Below the pieces are notes generated by a model that worked only from the letters and a program-made list of their open reading frames with translations, had not been told where the DNA came from and searched no databases. Position numbers and translations under genes: made by a program. A DNA stretch of 64,000 nt from an uncultured cyanobacterium (GTDB lineage: Bacteria > Cyanobacteriota > Cyanobacteriia > Cyanobacteriales > Nostocaceae): NCBI GenBank assembly GCA_963706595.1, contig OY970166.1, positions 5,024,001-5,088,000 on the forward strand. The letters run 5' to 3'. Positions 31,148 to 42,149 of the stretch are shown piece after piece; the first letter of the stretch is position 1, and every line of letters starts with the position of its first letter.

Positions 31148-32536
31148 CTAAAAAGAAGTTTGTACTTGTTGACGTTTTCCGTCTTGAGAAGTCTGTGACG
31201 CAATTTGCTTAAGTTGCACCTTCAGTCCATGTTCTGGGCGCAAGGTAATTGAAGGCTGTGGCACAATGGGATAATCTGGAATTAAATCTATTTGGAACCT
31301 TTGAGCGATCGTTGCCAATAACAAAGCCGCCTCCATTTGAGCAAAACCTTTACCAATACAAATCCTTGGCCCATCCCCAAAGGGAATATATACTCCTTTA
31401 GGCAATTGCTTTTCAAACTCCTGCGTCCAACGTTCTGGTTGAAAAGCTTCAGGATTTTCAAAATACTGGGGATGACGATGCATCACCCACTGACTAATCA
31501 TCACTGTCATTCCTTGGGGAATTTCGTAATCGCCAATTTGGGTATCAACTGCTGCTTCCCGCCCCTGTATAGATACTGGAGGATATAACCGCATTGATTC
31601 TTTGATAATTTGCTGTGTATAAACTAATTGCCCCAGGTCTGCGAGTGTCGGTAAATTTCCTTGCAAAACTTGATTTAGCTCTAATTCTAATTTTTGCCGC
31701 ACGTCGGGATTTTGTGCCAAAAGCATCCACGTCCAGGATAAAGCATTGGCAGTGGTTTCATGCCCAGCTAACATCAGGGTCGCTACTTCATCGCGGAGCA
31801 GTTTATCATCCATTTGCTGACCTGTTTCTTCGTCTTTTGCTTCCATAAGCATGGTCAACAAATCATTGGTTTGCTCCTGACTGTGGCGACGTTCTTGAAT
31901 GAGTTTGTTGATAGCTGCATCCATTTGGGTAATAGCATGACGATAACGGATGTTTTCCGGTCTTGGGAACCACTCCCACACCAAAAAATTTTGCCGCCGC
32001 TTACTTTCAAACCACTGCATGGCTACATCTAGTGCATTAGCAACAACTTTGGCTTCCCCTTCATCCACCTCAGTGCTAAAGATGCACTTCATAATTATTT
32101 GCAGCGTCAACTGCATCATATCTGCATGAATATCATGAGTTTCACCATCGTGCCAAGTTTGCAGCATTCGGTTGGTGTACTCCACCATGACTTCACCATA
32201 TTTATTAATCCGTTTTTGGTGAAATACTGGTTGAATCAGGCGACGTTGCCAAAACCAGGATTCTCCTTCTGCGGTTAATAAGCCCTCTCCTAATAAAGTT
32301 TTTAAGGCGCGGGAACCTCGACTTTTGATAAAATCTTGGCGATTTTTGAGAACTTGTTCTACGTATTCAGGATGAGTCACTAAACAAGTAGGTGTTAACC
32401 CAAATTGTAAGGGAATAATATCACCATAGTCACGACAACGGGTCAGAAATCCTAACGGGTCTTGTCCCAGTTCAAGTAAATGTCCAACAATAGAGTTAAC
32501 TGGCGGCGCTGGTAACTCGAATACATCGCGAACCAT
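31148..32536 (-). CDS. cytochrome P450
   Basis: AGHETT, ESMR, PERW and heme motif FGDGPRICIG. Confidence 0.95.
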   Translation of the reverse strand: MVRDVFELPAPPVNSIVGHLLELGQDPLGFLTRCRDYGDIIPLQFGLTPTCLVTHPEYVEQVLKNRQDFIKSRGSRALKTLLGEGLLTAEGESWFWQRRLIQPVFHQKRINKYGEVMVEYTNRMLQTWHDGETHDIHADMMQLTLQIIMKCIFSTEVDEGEAKVVANALDVAMQWFESKRRQNFLVWEWFPRPENIRYRHAITQMDAAINKLIQERRHSQEQTNDLLTMLMEAKDEETGQQMDDKLLRDEVATLMLAGHETTANALSWTWMLLAQNPDVRQKLELELNQVLQGNLPTLADLGQLVYTQQIIKESMRLYPPVSIQGREAAVDTQIGDYEIPQGMTVMISQWVMHRHPQYFENPEAFQPERWTQEFEKQLPKGVYIPFGDGPRICIGKGFAQMEAALLLATIAQRFQIDLIPDYPIVPQPSITLRPEHGLKVQLKQIASQTSQDGKRQQVQTSF

Positions 32537-32631
32537 ACCAAAAATCCTCTAGGTTTGTATGTATTCGAGAAGATTAACTCACAGTTAATTTGAAATTCTT
32601 CATCAAATAGAGAGATTTCTCAAGGCAAAGA

Positions 32632-33501
32632 TTAATTATTTTCAGAAATCATTTGAGGCGTTTCCTGGTTCAATGTGGGATAAGAAAGACCATGTTTAGC
32701 AAACGCTTGTTTAGCTCGCCGCATTAAATCAGTTTGATAAATAAACTCATCCCTAGCATCCATTGGATAAGACTTGAGTTTGAAATGACTACACCAAGGT
32801 AATTCTGCCATCACGACAACAACGGGTAATTTTAACTGGGTATATCGACTACTGTAAGCAGCTTGGTATAAAAGTCGGATTACCTGGTCACAATCAACGT
32901 GATGATCTAAATAGAATTCTGTAACTACTTGTGCTTCTAATTGACCACTATTAGCATTAGAAATAGCATCTGTCCAAGTTTTATTGTGGGGAATGGTGAC
33001 AGTGTTATCATCAGGGGTTTGCAGTCTGAGTCCACGTAAACCGTAACCGATCACCTCGCCGTAATGTTCGCCAATGCGAATGCGATCGCCGACTCGATAG
33101 GGTGCTTCAAATAAAGTCACAACCCCAGCAATAATTGAACTTACATAGTCTTTAAATGCAAATCCTAATGCTACAGCAATGGTGCCAGTGAAAGCTAAAA
33201 GATTTCTTTGAGACAGATTTAGAAATAGATTGAGGAGGTAAACTATGGTGACGATCAAAATCAGTCCTTTCCAAAAAGGTACTGACTGTTTAATTGTGAG
33301 TCGGAACAGACGCGGTACTCGCTCAGATAACCAATTCACGAAAGATTGAATTGAGACAGAAATTCCGTAGGCGATGAAAATGCTAATTAGAGCTTTGAGA
33401 ATCTTGTTGAGCGTAATCTCAGTTAGGAGTCTGTCGGCTATTCCATTATCATCTAACAATTGAGCAAACAAGGTAGTAGAAATAGAAATAGACATAGACA
33501 T
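32632..33501 (-). CDS. MscS family mechanosensitive channel
   Basis: ALGFAFKD, PYRVGDRI, TIPHN. Confidence 0.88.
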   Translation of the reverse strand: MSMSISISTTLFAQLLDDNGIADRLLTEITLNKILKALISIFIAYGISVSIQSFVNWLSERVPRLFRLTIKQSVPFWKGLILIVTIVYLLNLFLNLSQRNLLAFTGTIAVALGFAFKDYVSSIIAGVVTLFEAPYRVGDRIRIGEHYGEVIGYGLRGLRLQTPDDNTVTIPHNKTWTDAISNANSGQLEAQVVTEFYLDHHVDCDQVIRLLYQAAYSSRYTQLKLPVVVVMAELPWCSHFKLKSYPMDARDEFIYQTDLMRRAKQAFAKHGLSYPTLNQETPQMISENN

Positions 33502-33503
33502 AA

Positions 33504-34688
33504 TTAGTCATCTCCAAGCAAAAAGTTGTTGTTAATTAACTCTGTTTTGAGTGAAGGATAGTAAGCAGGATAAATATTTAATTGATCACGTTGTTGGACG
33601 ATTACACCCGCACGCTGAAGCATTTGTACACGCGATCGCACAATTTGTTCACTTTCGCCTAAACTCAGAGCCAAATGAGTCCGAGTCATCTCACCATGCA
33701 GTAATAGAGAATGCAGCAGGTAGCGATCGGTCGCAGTTAAATCCGGTAAACTCGGCAAAATCGGCTTCGTTTGTTGGAGGTTAACAGGAATTTCTAAAGT
33801 TAAACCTTGAGGCGTAAGTGCAGGCTTGGACTCAGAAACAGCATCAGGGATGTCCGCCGCCCGAATCCGTAAGGCTTGCAGCCATAATTGAGCAGCCACG
33901 CTACTCACCCCAGAAGCCAGACTAGCAAGAGATTTCCAGTAAGTTTTACCCATATCCGCGTCGTCGTCTTCAGCAACTAATTCTTGGGTGACAGGTACTA
34001 ACCATTTTTGCAGTGCTTCCCCTTTTAATTTAGGTAGGGGGTGAACTTGTTCTAAGTAAGCACTCACCTGACAAACCTGATCGAGAAATGTCCAAGCCGA
34101 ATAATTGCAACCAATCAGCCAAAACCGAGATTTATCCTTGACAACGGCATTTTGCAGAAACTCGATACCTTCCCACCCCTGAATACATCGCAGAAAGCAC
34201 TGCGCCAAACAGGGAATCACGACTAAAGTCTGCCGTTCCGTCAGTTCTGGATTAGCATCACCGCGTTCATCTGTTGACTGAGACTCTGTTTCAAAACATA
34301 AAGCCTCACTAATTGCTTTTTCCAGAGATGAACAATTAGATGAACGTTGACACTGTGCTAGAGGATGGATAATTTCCAAACCTTTAGAGAACTCATCTGT
34401 CAAACTCTCCTGCACAATTTCAGCAATGGGTTCCACCGAACAACCTAGAATCACCAGACTATTGGCAGATGTAACATTTTGCTGCCAATCAGCCAAAGCT
34501 GAAGTCAGTGTTTCTTGGATAGAAGTACGATATTCCAGTGGAGAGGATAGTTGACCTAGTTTTTGGGAAAAATCCTGAATAATATCTTCAGGTGGTTTAT
34601 TGAGGAGATTATCGGGATTAGTTGTTTTAGCCTGGGAGAGCCAAGACTGAAACCAATGAATAGAAGATCGGAATTTTGCGCCTATCAT
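33504..34688 (-). CDS. hypothetical protein with degenerate NTPase-like fold and C-terminal winged helix
   Basis: C-terminal HTH-like LLHGEMTRTHLALSLGE; no intact Walker A; tightly coupled to mscS. Confidence 0.55.
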   Translation of the reverse strand: MIGAKFRSSIHWFQSWLSQAKTTNPDNLLNKPPEDIIQDFSQKLGQLSSPLEYRTSIQETLTSALADWQQNVTSANSLVILGCSVEPIAEIVQESLTDEFSKGLEIIHPLAQCQRSSNCSSLEKAISEALCFETESQSTDERGDANPELTERQTLVVIPCLAQCFLRCIQGWEGIEFLQNAVVKDKSRFWLIGCNYSAWTFLDQVCQVSAYLEQVHPLPKLKGEALQKWLVPVTQELVAEDDDADMGKTYWKSLASLASGVSSVAAQLWLQALRIRAADIPDAVSESKPALTPQGLTLEIPVNLQQTKPILPSLPDLTATDRYLLHSLLLHGEMTRTHLALSLGESEQIVRSRVQMLQRAGVIVQQRDQLNIYPAYYPSLKTELINNNFLLGDD

Positions 34689-34784
34689 TATTTAGCTGTG
34701 AAAGATACATACAGCACTTTGCAAGTAGATGAAGTAAACATTTTAATATGATAAATCTTGTGGGGGAGGGCAAAGATGCCCGCC

Positions 34785-34893
34785 TAGTACCGCAAGGCGG
34801 AAGTCAAAAGTCAAAAGTCAAAAATCAAAAAGCTTATAAAATGGGCTTTTCATGGATTTTGAATGGTCTGTTTATTTACGCCGACTTGTACTA
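34785..34893. mobile_element. short MITE with internal (AAGTCAA)n
   Basis: Ends TAGTAC / GTACTA; eroded relative at about 59507-59575. Confidence 0.55.
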
Positions 34894-34897
34894 GTAC

Positions 34898-35119
34898 CTA
34901 CTCATCCGTCAAAGTTTCAATTAACAGACTCACCTGTTGCTGTCGCTGCTGCAAAAAACTTTCACACTGACGCAAAGACTCAACAGCAGTAGAAAACTGC
35001 TCAAATACTGCTTCCAAATCCAACTCACCAGCCTCAATGCGAGCAATAATTTGTTCTATCTCCAGCACCTTCCCCTCATAACTCCAATCCGCCCTCGAAT
35101 CATCCTTACGCTTAACCAT
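34898..35119 (-). CDS. xseB: exodeoxyribonuclease VII small subunit
   Basis: YE..V.EIEQII..IE.GELDLE pattern; overlaps the end of xseA. Confidence 0.9.
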   Translation of the reverse strand: MVKRKDDSRADWSYEGKVLEIEQIIARIEAGELDLEAVFEQFSTAVESLRQCESFLQQRQQQVSLLIETLTDE

Positions 35120-36368
35120 TCAACTCTCTGTGTCCTCTGCGCCTCTGTGGTTCGTTTTCCATCACCTTAACTGTAACCTCCCCCTGCCCCAACTGAATCA
35201 ACAAATCTTCCCCCACAGCCAACTCAGCAGCCGAACGAGCTATTTCGCCATTTTCCCGCCGCACCACAGCATAACCACGCTGTAACACCGCCTTGGGGTC
35301 AAGACTAGCCAACTTTTCCCGTAACAATTCTAAACGCTGCTGGGCTTGATGCGATCGCCCCAAAGTCACCTGTATCAATTGTTGTCTTTTCCAACTTAGC
35401 TGCTGCATCTCCTGCTGCACCTGTTTGTCTAATCCTAAACGCCGTAAGCGATCGCGTAAACCTTGCAACTTATCCTCAGCGATTTCCTGAAATTCCCCTA
35501 CCGCCTCACGTAGCGCCAGTATCCTTTGCCGATGCTGAAAATACAACTCTGCCAGAGATGGAACCACAGTTTCCGCCGCCGCCGTCGGTGTATGTACACA
35601 AGCATCAGCCACTAAATCTACCAAAGACTCATCGCGTTGATGACCAATACCAGTAATTACCGGGATAGAACAAGTAGCAACAGCCCTCACTACCCGTTCA
35701 TCATTAAAGCAAGCCAATTCCTCAACCGCACCACCACCCCGTGATAAAATCAGCACCTGCGCGCGACCATCACGATTGACGCGATTAATCGCCTTAACTA
35801 TAGAATCTGCTGCTTGCTCACCCTGCACCGTAGCGGGAGAAAATAACACCTGTAATCCTGGATATCTTTGCTTGAGCGTTTTTTGAATATCGCCCCAAGC
35901 CGCCGCAGTGGGTGATGTCACCACAGCAATAATTTGAGGATGCAGAGGAAGAGGACGTTTGCGTTCCGTATCAAATAAACCCTCAGCCAGCAATCGGTTT
36001 TTTAATTGTTGATAGCGTAGCGCCTGTAAACCAGCACCCGCAGGTATAGCTTGCCAAACAGATAATTGATACTCTCCCCGTTGCGGGTAAACTCTGATAC
36101 TACCCAGGATAATTAACTGCTCACCAGCAATTGGCATTTGAGCCAGTTTAGGGATTTGGCTTTTCCAAACCACACACTTAATACCGGCTGTCCCCTCTGG
36201 GTCTTGCAGGGTAAAAAATAAGCCACTGCGATGGTTGTTAGCACTGGAAACTTCCCCAGTTACCCAAACTTGACGTAATTGATCATCTTGCTCTAACAGC
36301 AAGCGGATATAGTCAGTTAATCCAGCTACTGAAAGCGCTGTATCGGGAATCAGAGAGTTAAAAGTCAT
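35112..36368 (-). CDS. xseA: exodeoxyribonuclease VII large subunit
   Basis: [35 protein letters not shown]. Confidence 0.95.
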   Translation of the reverse strand: MTFNSLIPDTALSVAGLTDYIRLLLEQDDQLRQVWVTGEVSSANNHRSGLFFTLQDPEGTAGIKCVVWKSQIPKLAQMPIAGEQLIILGSIRVYPQRGEYQLSVWQAIPAGAGLQALRYQQLKNRLLAEGLFDTERKRPLPLHPQIIAVVTSPTAAAWGDIQKTLKQRYPGLQVLFSPATVQGEQAADSIVKAINRVNRDGRAQVLILSRGGGAVEELACFNDERVVRAVATCSIPVITGIGHQRDESLVDLVADACVHTPTAAAETVVPSLAELYFQHRQRILALREAVGEFQEIAEDKLQGLRDRLRRLGLDKQVQQEMQQLSWKRQQLIQVTLGRSHQAQQRLELLREKLASLDPKAVLQRGYAVVRRENGEIARSAAELAVGEDLLIQLGQGEVTVKVMENEPQRRRGHRELNG

Positions 36369-36605
36369 CTGGGTGTGAGAGCATTGGTGCTGAAGCGATT
36401 CTAGCATTCTTCATGAATACCAAAATTTATCCCAGCGCTTTAATCTTTTTTAGACATCATCATCTAATAGCAATGAGAAACATAGGTGACGCTGCAAATG
36501 TTGGGGTTGAAAAACTGGTATCTAGTATTGTTACTGTTTCTATTGTCTTTTTTGTTAAGTCATAATTTACAGTAGTGGATTAAAAATAGCGCGGAGCAAA
36601 AAACG

Positions 36606-38981
36606 ATGGTTTTTGAGGTGCTGAAGCCGAATATGCAAGATTTGCAAGGTCATGTGATCGAATTGTTGCAGGGAATTAGTGCGCTGCTGAACCGTGCTAG
36701 TACAGCACTTAGTTCTGATGCTGCTGGTCAGAAATATGCAGTATTTGAGCAGCAAGTTAACGAGGAAATAGAGAAAGTCAAAAATCTTGAGTTAAGAATG
36801 GCAATTGTTGCACCGATGAAAGCAGGTAAGTCAACTATCACGAACGCCATCATCGGACAAGATATTTTACCCAGTCGTAACGCGGCGATGACGACGCTTC
36901 CCACTGAGATTATTTTTGATGCTGGATTGCAAGAACCAGTTTTAACTCTCAGTCCCGAAATAGTCACAGTTTTTCAAGAGACTTTATTGGCTCTACGAAA
37001 GCAAATTAATCAAATGGGGATTAAACAAGCACAAGCACAACTTGCTCAGTTTCCTCATTTGCAAAATATGCCAAAACTGATTCAACAAGCACTTGTAGAG
37101 TCAGTTCCTCATCAACCAAAAGGACGCAAAGATATTATTCTCACCTTAACTAGTTTGAATGATATTGTGCGCCTGTGCAGTATTCTTTATCCCAGTATAG
37201 ATCCTCTACAATCTCTGACAGAAGTCCCGCGCATTCGTACTCCTTTCTGGCTTTCCCAAGAAAATCAGCAATCAGAAACTTTAGGTAAATTAGTTATTGT
37301 CGATACACCCGGACCAAATGAAGCTGGGGAAAATTTACGACTTCAGACTGTAGTTGCTGAACAGCTTCGGAAAAGTTCAATGGTGTTGATAGTTTTGGAT
37401 TTCACCCAATTGAAAAATGAAGCCGCAGAGAAAGTTAAACAAGATGTTCAGAGGGTGATAGAACTTCGAGGTAAAGAAAGTTTGTATGTCTTAATTAATA
37501 AAGTAGATCAGCGTCGAGATGGTGACATGACACCAGAACAAGTGCGGAAATTTGTTGCTGCTGAATTTGGCATAGGTGAAGTTGGTGAGATAAATCGAGT
37601 ATTTGAAATATCAGCTAGGCGAGCTTTTACCTCTGCTAACTTTTTAATGGAATTACAGCAGCATCCAGGTGTTAAAGTTACTGAGCTGAAAACAGTGCGA
37701 GCGCTTGCTCAAGAAGTATTCGGTATTGACTGGGAAGAAGAATTAGAAGAAGCAACTTTAGAAGAGTTAAAAAAGAAAGCTGAGAGACTGTGGAAAAAAT
37801 CAGGTTTTGACCCATTTTTAAACGGTGCAATTACAGCACTTATGGCAGAAGCAGCACCACGTTGTATAGTGTCTGCACTCAAAATTTCCCTGGCTCGACT
37901 TGCGGAACTACAGGATGATGTGCAACTTCGCAAAAGTGCTATGGCACAAGATCAAGAAAAAGTTACTTTTGAAGTTGTTGCGTTAGAAACAGATTTGCAA
38001 TCTCTTGAGGATTGTCGTCAACGGTTGCAGGAGGTAGATAGGATTAAAAATAGTCTCTATCAACAGTTGAACAAAATCCTTGAAACTTTAAAGCAAGATG
38101 CTAAAGTCAGCCTTGAAACTTCTTTTACTGACAAAGAGTATCAACGTGCAGACAACATCAAAAAAGGAGGTATGGCTTTGACAAGTTTTTTTAATCGGAT
38201 TTCTAAAAAAATTAATTATCAAATAAAGCCTACAGGTACTGGTGTAATTGAATTTAACAGTTTGATAGAAGCGGAAGATTTTGCTAAACAAGCTATAGCT
38301 TATCCCAAGCAGAAAATTGACCTACTACTAGAGAATGTGCGGGAGCAAGTGCGAAAAATAATTGAAAAATCACGACTGGAACTAACTAATTTTTTGATTG
38401 AAGAAACCCAGCCTATTATTGACAGAGCGCGTCAACGATTAAATGAAGCTTTTAATATAAAGTTATCATTGCCAACACTAACCCTTGATTCTGAGGATAT
38501 TGATTTTGGTAAAGTTCGTGTTAAGAGTAATACTAGATTAGTAGATCAGGGATATGAAACTAAAGTAGTTTACAAAAGAAAATTTACGCATTGGTTTTTT
38601 TTAGTCCCCAAACAAGAAACTATTACAGTCAAGTGTCCTGATAAAAAAGAAAATTACTATACTGTCTCTATCCAAGAAATAATTGTTCAAGCTAATGAAT
38701 CGATTGAGCAAAGTGTCGAAAATATAAAACAGGGAATTAACCAATATTTAGATGAAGACTTCAAACAGCGAGTTAATATCTTTTTTAATGACCTTGATAT
38801 TTACTTGAGTAACTACCGTGAAAGTTTGATTCAATCACAACAAGACCAAAAATTGCAAGTGGAAGAAAAAGAAAAATTAGTCACTGAACTTAATTATCTA
38901 TTCTCAGAAACAAAAGAAAAAACTAAAAAAGCTGATGCTAGTTTGCAGCACGCAGGTGATTTAATCAGGAAAAAGCAATGA
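36606..38981 (+). CDS. bacterial dynamin-like GTPase (CrfC/YjdA-like)
   Basis: G1 APMKAGKST, G2 TTLPT, G3 DTPGPNE, G4 NKVD; long helical C-terminus. Confidence 0.88.
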   Translation: MVFEVLKPNMQDLQGHVIELLQGISALLNRASTALSSDAAGQKYAVFEQQVNEEIEKVKNLELRMAIVAPMKAGKSTITNAIIGQDILPSRNAAMTTLPTEIIFDAGLQEPVLTLSPEIVTVFQETLLALRKQINQMGIKQAQAQLAQFPHLQNMPKLIQQALVESVPHQPKGRKDIILTLTSLNDIVRLCSILYPSIDPLQSLTEVPRIRTPFWLSQENQQSETLGKLVIVDTPGPNEAGENLRLQTVVAEQLRKSSMVLIVLDFTQLKNEAAEKVKQDVQRVIELRGKESLYVLINKVDQRRDGDMTPEQVRKFVAAEFGIGEVGEINRVFEISARRAFTSANFLMELQQHPGVKVTELKTVRALAQEVFGIDWEEELEEATLEELKKKAERLWKKSGFDPFLNGAITALMAEAAPRCIVSALKISLARLAELQDDVQLRKSAMAQDQEKVTFEVVALETDLQSLEDCRQRLQEVDRIKNSLYQQLNKILETLKQDAKVSLETSFTDKEYQRADNIKKGGMALTSFFNRISKKINYQIKPTGTGVIEFNSLIEAEDFAKQAIAYPKQKIDLLLENVREQVRKIIEKSRLELTNFLIEETQPIIDRARQRLNEAFNIKLSLPTLTLDSEDIDFGKVRVKSNTRLVDQGYETKVVYKRKFTHWFFLVPKQETITVKCPDKKENYYTVSIQEIIVQANESIEQSVENIKQGINQYLDEDFKQRVNIFFNDLDIYLSNYRESLIQSQQDQKLQVEEKEKLVTELNYLFSETKEKTKKADASLQHAGDLIRKKQ

Positions 38982-39220
38982 GTAATCTTTTCTATACTCC
39001 TGACAGCACCTTAATCAATTTTGGAAAGAACTAGCCGAAACTGAGATTTTACGCCCCAACACAGGTGTGATTAGCCACATACTCACATCTTTTATCCTGC
39101 GCCCATTGAACAGTTATTACAGGAGTCAATCCAACTGAATTGCGGCGCGGGATTGAGTTATGGGTGACAATTCCAGGTTTGGGCTACATCTGGCTAATTG
39201 ATTTTGTCCTCGCCCGAACC

Positions 39221-39413
39221 GGGACAGATCCTGACTGATTTTGGATACAAAACTTTACAATATTTCAACTCGCCATAACTTACTGCTAGGGAGTGACGCG
39301 CTTCGCTGTAAACTGGAGTAAGTTGCAGATAAATAGCCAAGAAATCATGGTGCTGTGGTCTAAACTAGAGAATCTACCCTTTTTGGGAGGTAGTCAAATT
39401 TAAGCGATCGCCT
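39221..39413 (-). repeat. 193-bp dispersed repeat, copy B (inverted)
   Basis: Matches 7633-7825. Confidence 0.9.
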
Positions 39414-39577
39414 AAACCTTGCAACATATAACAAAGCGGTATTAGTATCAAGCCTCGCCATGATTGTAGCAGATTCTTCTCTCTTGTCTGTGTTGCGATC
39501 GCACCATTTCGGTAAACCCTCTCCAGCCAGGAGTATCAGCCGATTTTAGCTGATATCCCAGATGGATAGACTACTGC

Positions 39578-40555
39578 CTAAACTTGATGAGAAGACAGAA
39601 AAACATCAATTTCAGCCGCAGTCGGTTGAGAAGCGATCGCACCTGCTTTAATAGTAGTCAGCGCCCCAACTGCATTAGCATAAGCAACAATGCCTTTAGC
39701 AGTTTCGGCATCCTGCAAACCTTGAATACCATGTATACCTAGCTGGTGGATAAATCCAGCCAAAAAACTATCCCCAGCCCCAGTTGTATCCACAACCTCA
39801 ATCGGATAAGAAGGTAAATGACCTTCGTTTTCACCCAAGCAATAGGTGCAACCATGTTCCCCATCTGTCACCAGCACCCCATCAATAGAGTCCATTCGGT
39901 AAGTAATAGCACCTGGGTCTGTAGTATCAAATAACCATTCAGCCTCTTCTTTAGAGAGTTTGAGAAAATCAACTCGTTTCCATATCTCTTGGATTTTTTG
40001 GCGAGCAATATTTGCATCTTGCCAAAATACCGGTCGCCAGTTGATATCCAGAATAATCTTCAGGTCGTATTGTTCTGCTAATTCTAAAGCGCGGTGAACT
40101 GCCTGCTCACTTTCAGGATAGGCTAATTCCAGAGTACCCAATACCAAAAAGTCAGCCTCTTGAAACAGCGACTCTGGCAATTTTTTAGCTTTTAAGCGGG
40201 TATCAGCAAATTCAGAAGTGTCAAACTCACCAAATCCGGCAAAATTGCGATCGCCTGCCAGATCGCGCACCACATAAACTTGCCTCGTTGGTGCTGTAGA
40301 ATGGCGTTGCACCCCTGTTGTATCTACACCAACTTCTTCTAAAAGCTTAACTAGTTTATTCCCTGGCTCATCTTCACCAACCGCCCCAATAAAACCTGCG
40401 GGAGTTCCTAGTTTTACCAAAGCACAGGCCACATTAGCTGGCGCACCCCCTGGGTAAGGAGTCCAAGACTTCACCTCTTCTAGCTGTAGTCCCAATTGGT
40501 CAGCTAAACAATCAAACAAAATTTCACCAAGGCACAAAACACGGGGATTGCTCAT
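39578..40555 (-). CDS. PfkB family carbohydrate kinase (fructokinase-like)
   Basis: GGAPANVA, DINWRP, DTTGAGDSF. Confidence 0.92.
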   Translation of the reverse strand: MSNPRVLCLGEILFDCLADQLGLQLEEVKSWTPYPGGAPANVACALVKLGTPAGFIGAVGEDEPGNKLVKLLEEVGVDTTGVQRHSTAPTRQVYVVRDLAGDRNFAGFGEFDTSEFADTRLKAKKLPESLFQEADFLVLGTLELAYPESEQAVHRALELAEQYDLKIILDINWRPVFWQDANIARQKIQEIWKRVDFLKLSKEEAEWLFDTTDPGAITYRMDSIDGVLVTDGEHGCTYCLGENEGHLPSYPIEVVDTTGAGDSFLAGFIHQLGIHGIQGLQDAETAKGIVAYANAVGALTTIKAGAIASQPTAAEIDVFLSSHQV

Positions 40556-40911
40556 TTCATGAATCCAGAATCTGGGATTTTCGATTTTGAGTTACTAATT
40601 CCAGTATAAAATCTACAACACTCTTAACTCATCTGTCGCCAGTCCTCAACTCAACAAAATAGAACTTTTTGCTACGATCATCCCCACTATATCCTCCTTT
40701 ATCTCAGGTTTTATGTATGTAATTTTACGTTTATATTTTCAAACATTGTGTTAGAAATTACTAACCTTAAACACATCTGACTATCACCAGAAAATCTAAA
40801 AAAAATCTAGTCAATTCCATACTGCCATAACTTAAAACCCCTTCCAACAAAAGAATCTTCTAGAATTAAAAGAGGATTAAGTACATATACCAAGGGAGGA
40901 TAGAAAAAGTT

Positions 40912-41175
40912 ATGGCTGGTGGCGAGTCTCAGACCCCTGTTAGTCTGTCAGACAGAGAATTGCAAATCATCGACTTAGTGGCCGCTGGCTTAACTAACCA
41001 AGATATTGCAGTCAAACTGGAGATTAGCAAACGCACAGTTGATAATCATATCAGCAACATTCTCACCAAAACCCAAACCGACAACCGAGTGGCTCTCGTC
41101 CGTTGGGCTTTGCTGTGGGGTAAAATCTGCTTAGATGAGGTTAATTGCTGTCTTTTACCCCTCAAGAACGATTAG
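40912..41175 (+). CDS. pedR: small LuxR-type regulator, PedR-like
   Basis: LSDRELQII..GLTNQDIA..ISKRTVDNH, with conserved C-terminal cysteines (KICLDEVNCC). Confidence 0.8.
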   Translation: MAGGESQTPVSLSDRELQIIDLVAAGLTNQDIAVKLEISKRTVDNHISNILTKTQTDNRVALVRWALLWGKICLDEVNCCLLPLKND

Positions 41176-41361
41176 ACAATTTGTTGGTGTGTACTAATTG
41201 TTCTTCATCTCATGCCTTTGTTTTTTTAGTGAATCTCTAGCGTAAATTCTGCTCGGCATCGAAATCAAGCCATCATCAACAAAAATTAGTCACGATTTCC
41301 TGCCTCAAGCGTTACATTTATTAAATCTATTTGCTCCATCAGCGAGGAGAGCAGTGTTTAT

Positions 41362-42015
41362 ATGAATACTTCCGCTTCTGTTCCAGGTGGTTCGTCTACC
41401 TTTGATTTTTTTAGTTTTGATTTTACCGCACCGCAACCAACACAAGATGCCGATTTACTCAGACAGCTATCATTCATCCCAGGACTGAAAGAAATGATGC
41501 TGCTGCGGCAAGTTCACGCCCTAGAACACGCTACTGTTTGGGTTCTGAGTGAAGCCAACAGTGCCTATGCACCCAAAAGCAAACCCACAAAAGTACAAGT
41601 AGATAACGAACTATTAGGCGGCTTATCCACAGAACAAGGATTTTACCTTTACGGTGAAGTGAATATTAGTGATTTGCGGCGGGCGGTAACATTAGGCTTA
41701 AATCGTCTCATCAATGGTGAATGGGATTTGGCTGTGCATCCTCGCTGTGGTACAAATGCATCAGTAGCCATGCTGTTAACAGCCGGGCTAGCTGTCAGTG
41801 TCAACCTCTTACTACCATTCCGACCAATTGAGCAATTAATTGGCTTAGGAATAGCCGCCACCACAGCCGCAGAACTCGCACCTGATTTAGGTTCCATAGC
41901 CCAGCGCTACCTGACCACAGCCATTCCCTTTAACTTGACAATTGACAATATTACTCTGACTCGTGACCTTTGGGGACGACAGGGACATTTCGTAAAGGTC
42001 AGCTGGCAAGAATGA
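41362..42015 (+). CDS. DUF6391-like conserved protein
   Basis: HALEHAT and LAVHPRCGTN motifs. Confidence 0.65.
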   Translation: MNTSASVPGGSSTFDFFSFDFTAPQPTQDADLLRQLSFIPGLKEMMLLRQVHALEHATVWVLSEANSAYAPKSKPTKVQVDNELLGGLSTEQGFYLYGEVNISDLRRAVTLGLNRLINGEWDLAVHPRCGTNASVAMLLTAGLAVSVNLLLPFRPIEQLIGLGIAATTAAELAPDLGSIAQRYLTTAIPFNLTIDNITLTRDLWGRQGHFVKVSWQE

Positions 42016-42149
42016 GGCAGGGGGAAGAGGCAGGGGAGCAGGGTGCAGGGTGCAGGGGGGAGGGGGGATAAAGAACAAATACATTGATTTATGGTTGCCG
42101 ATTTTGGCGATTTTTCTCATTCCAGCACCGCTATTACCAAAATATTTTC

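Noticed and set aside
40715..40728. GTA-N8-TAC as an NtcA site upstream of pedR
   Set aside because: No properly spaced -10 box and weak flanks; likely a chance match in AT-rich DNA
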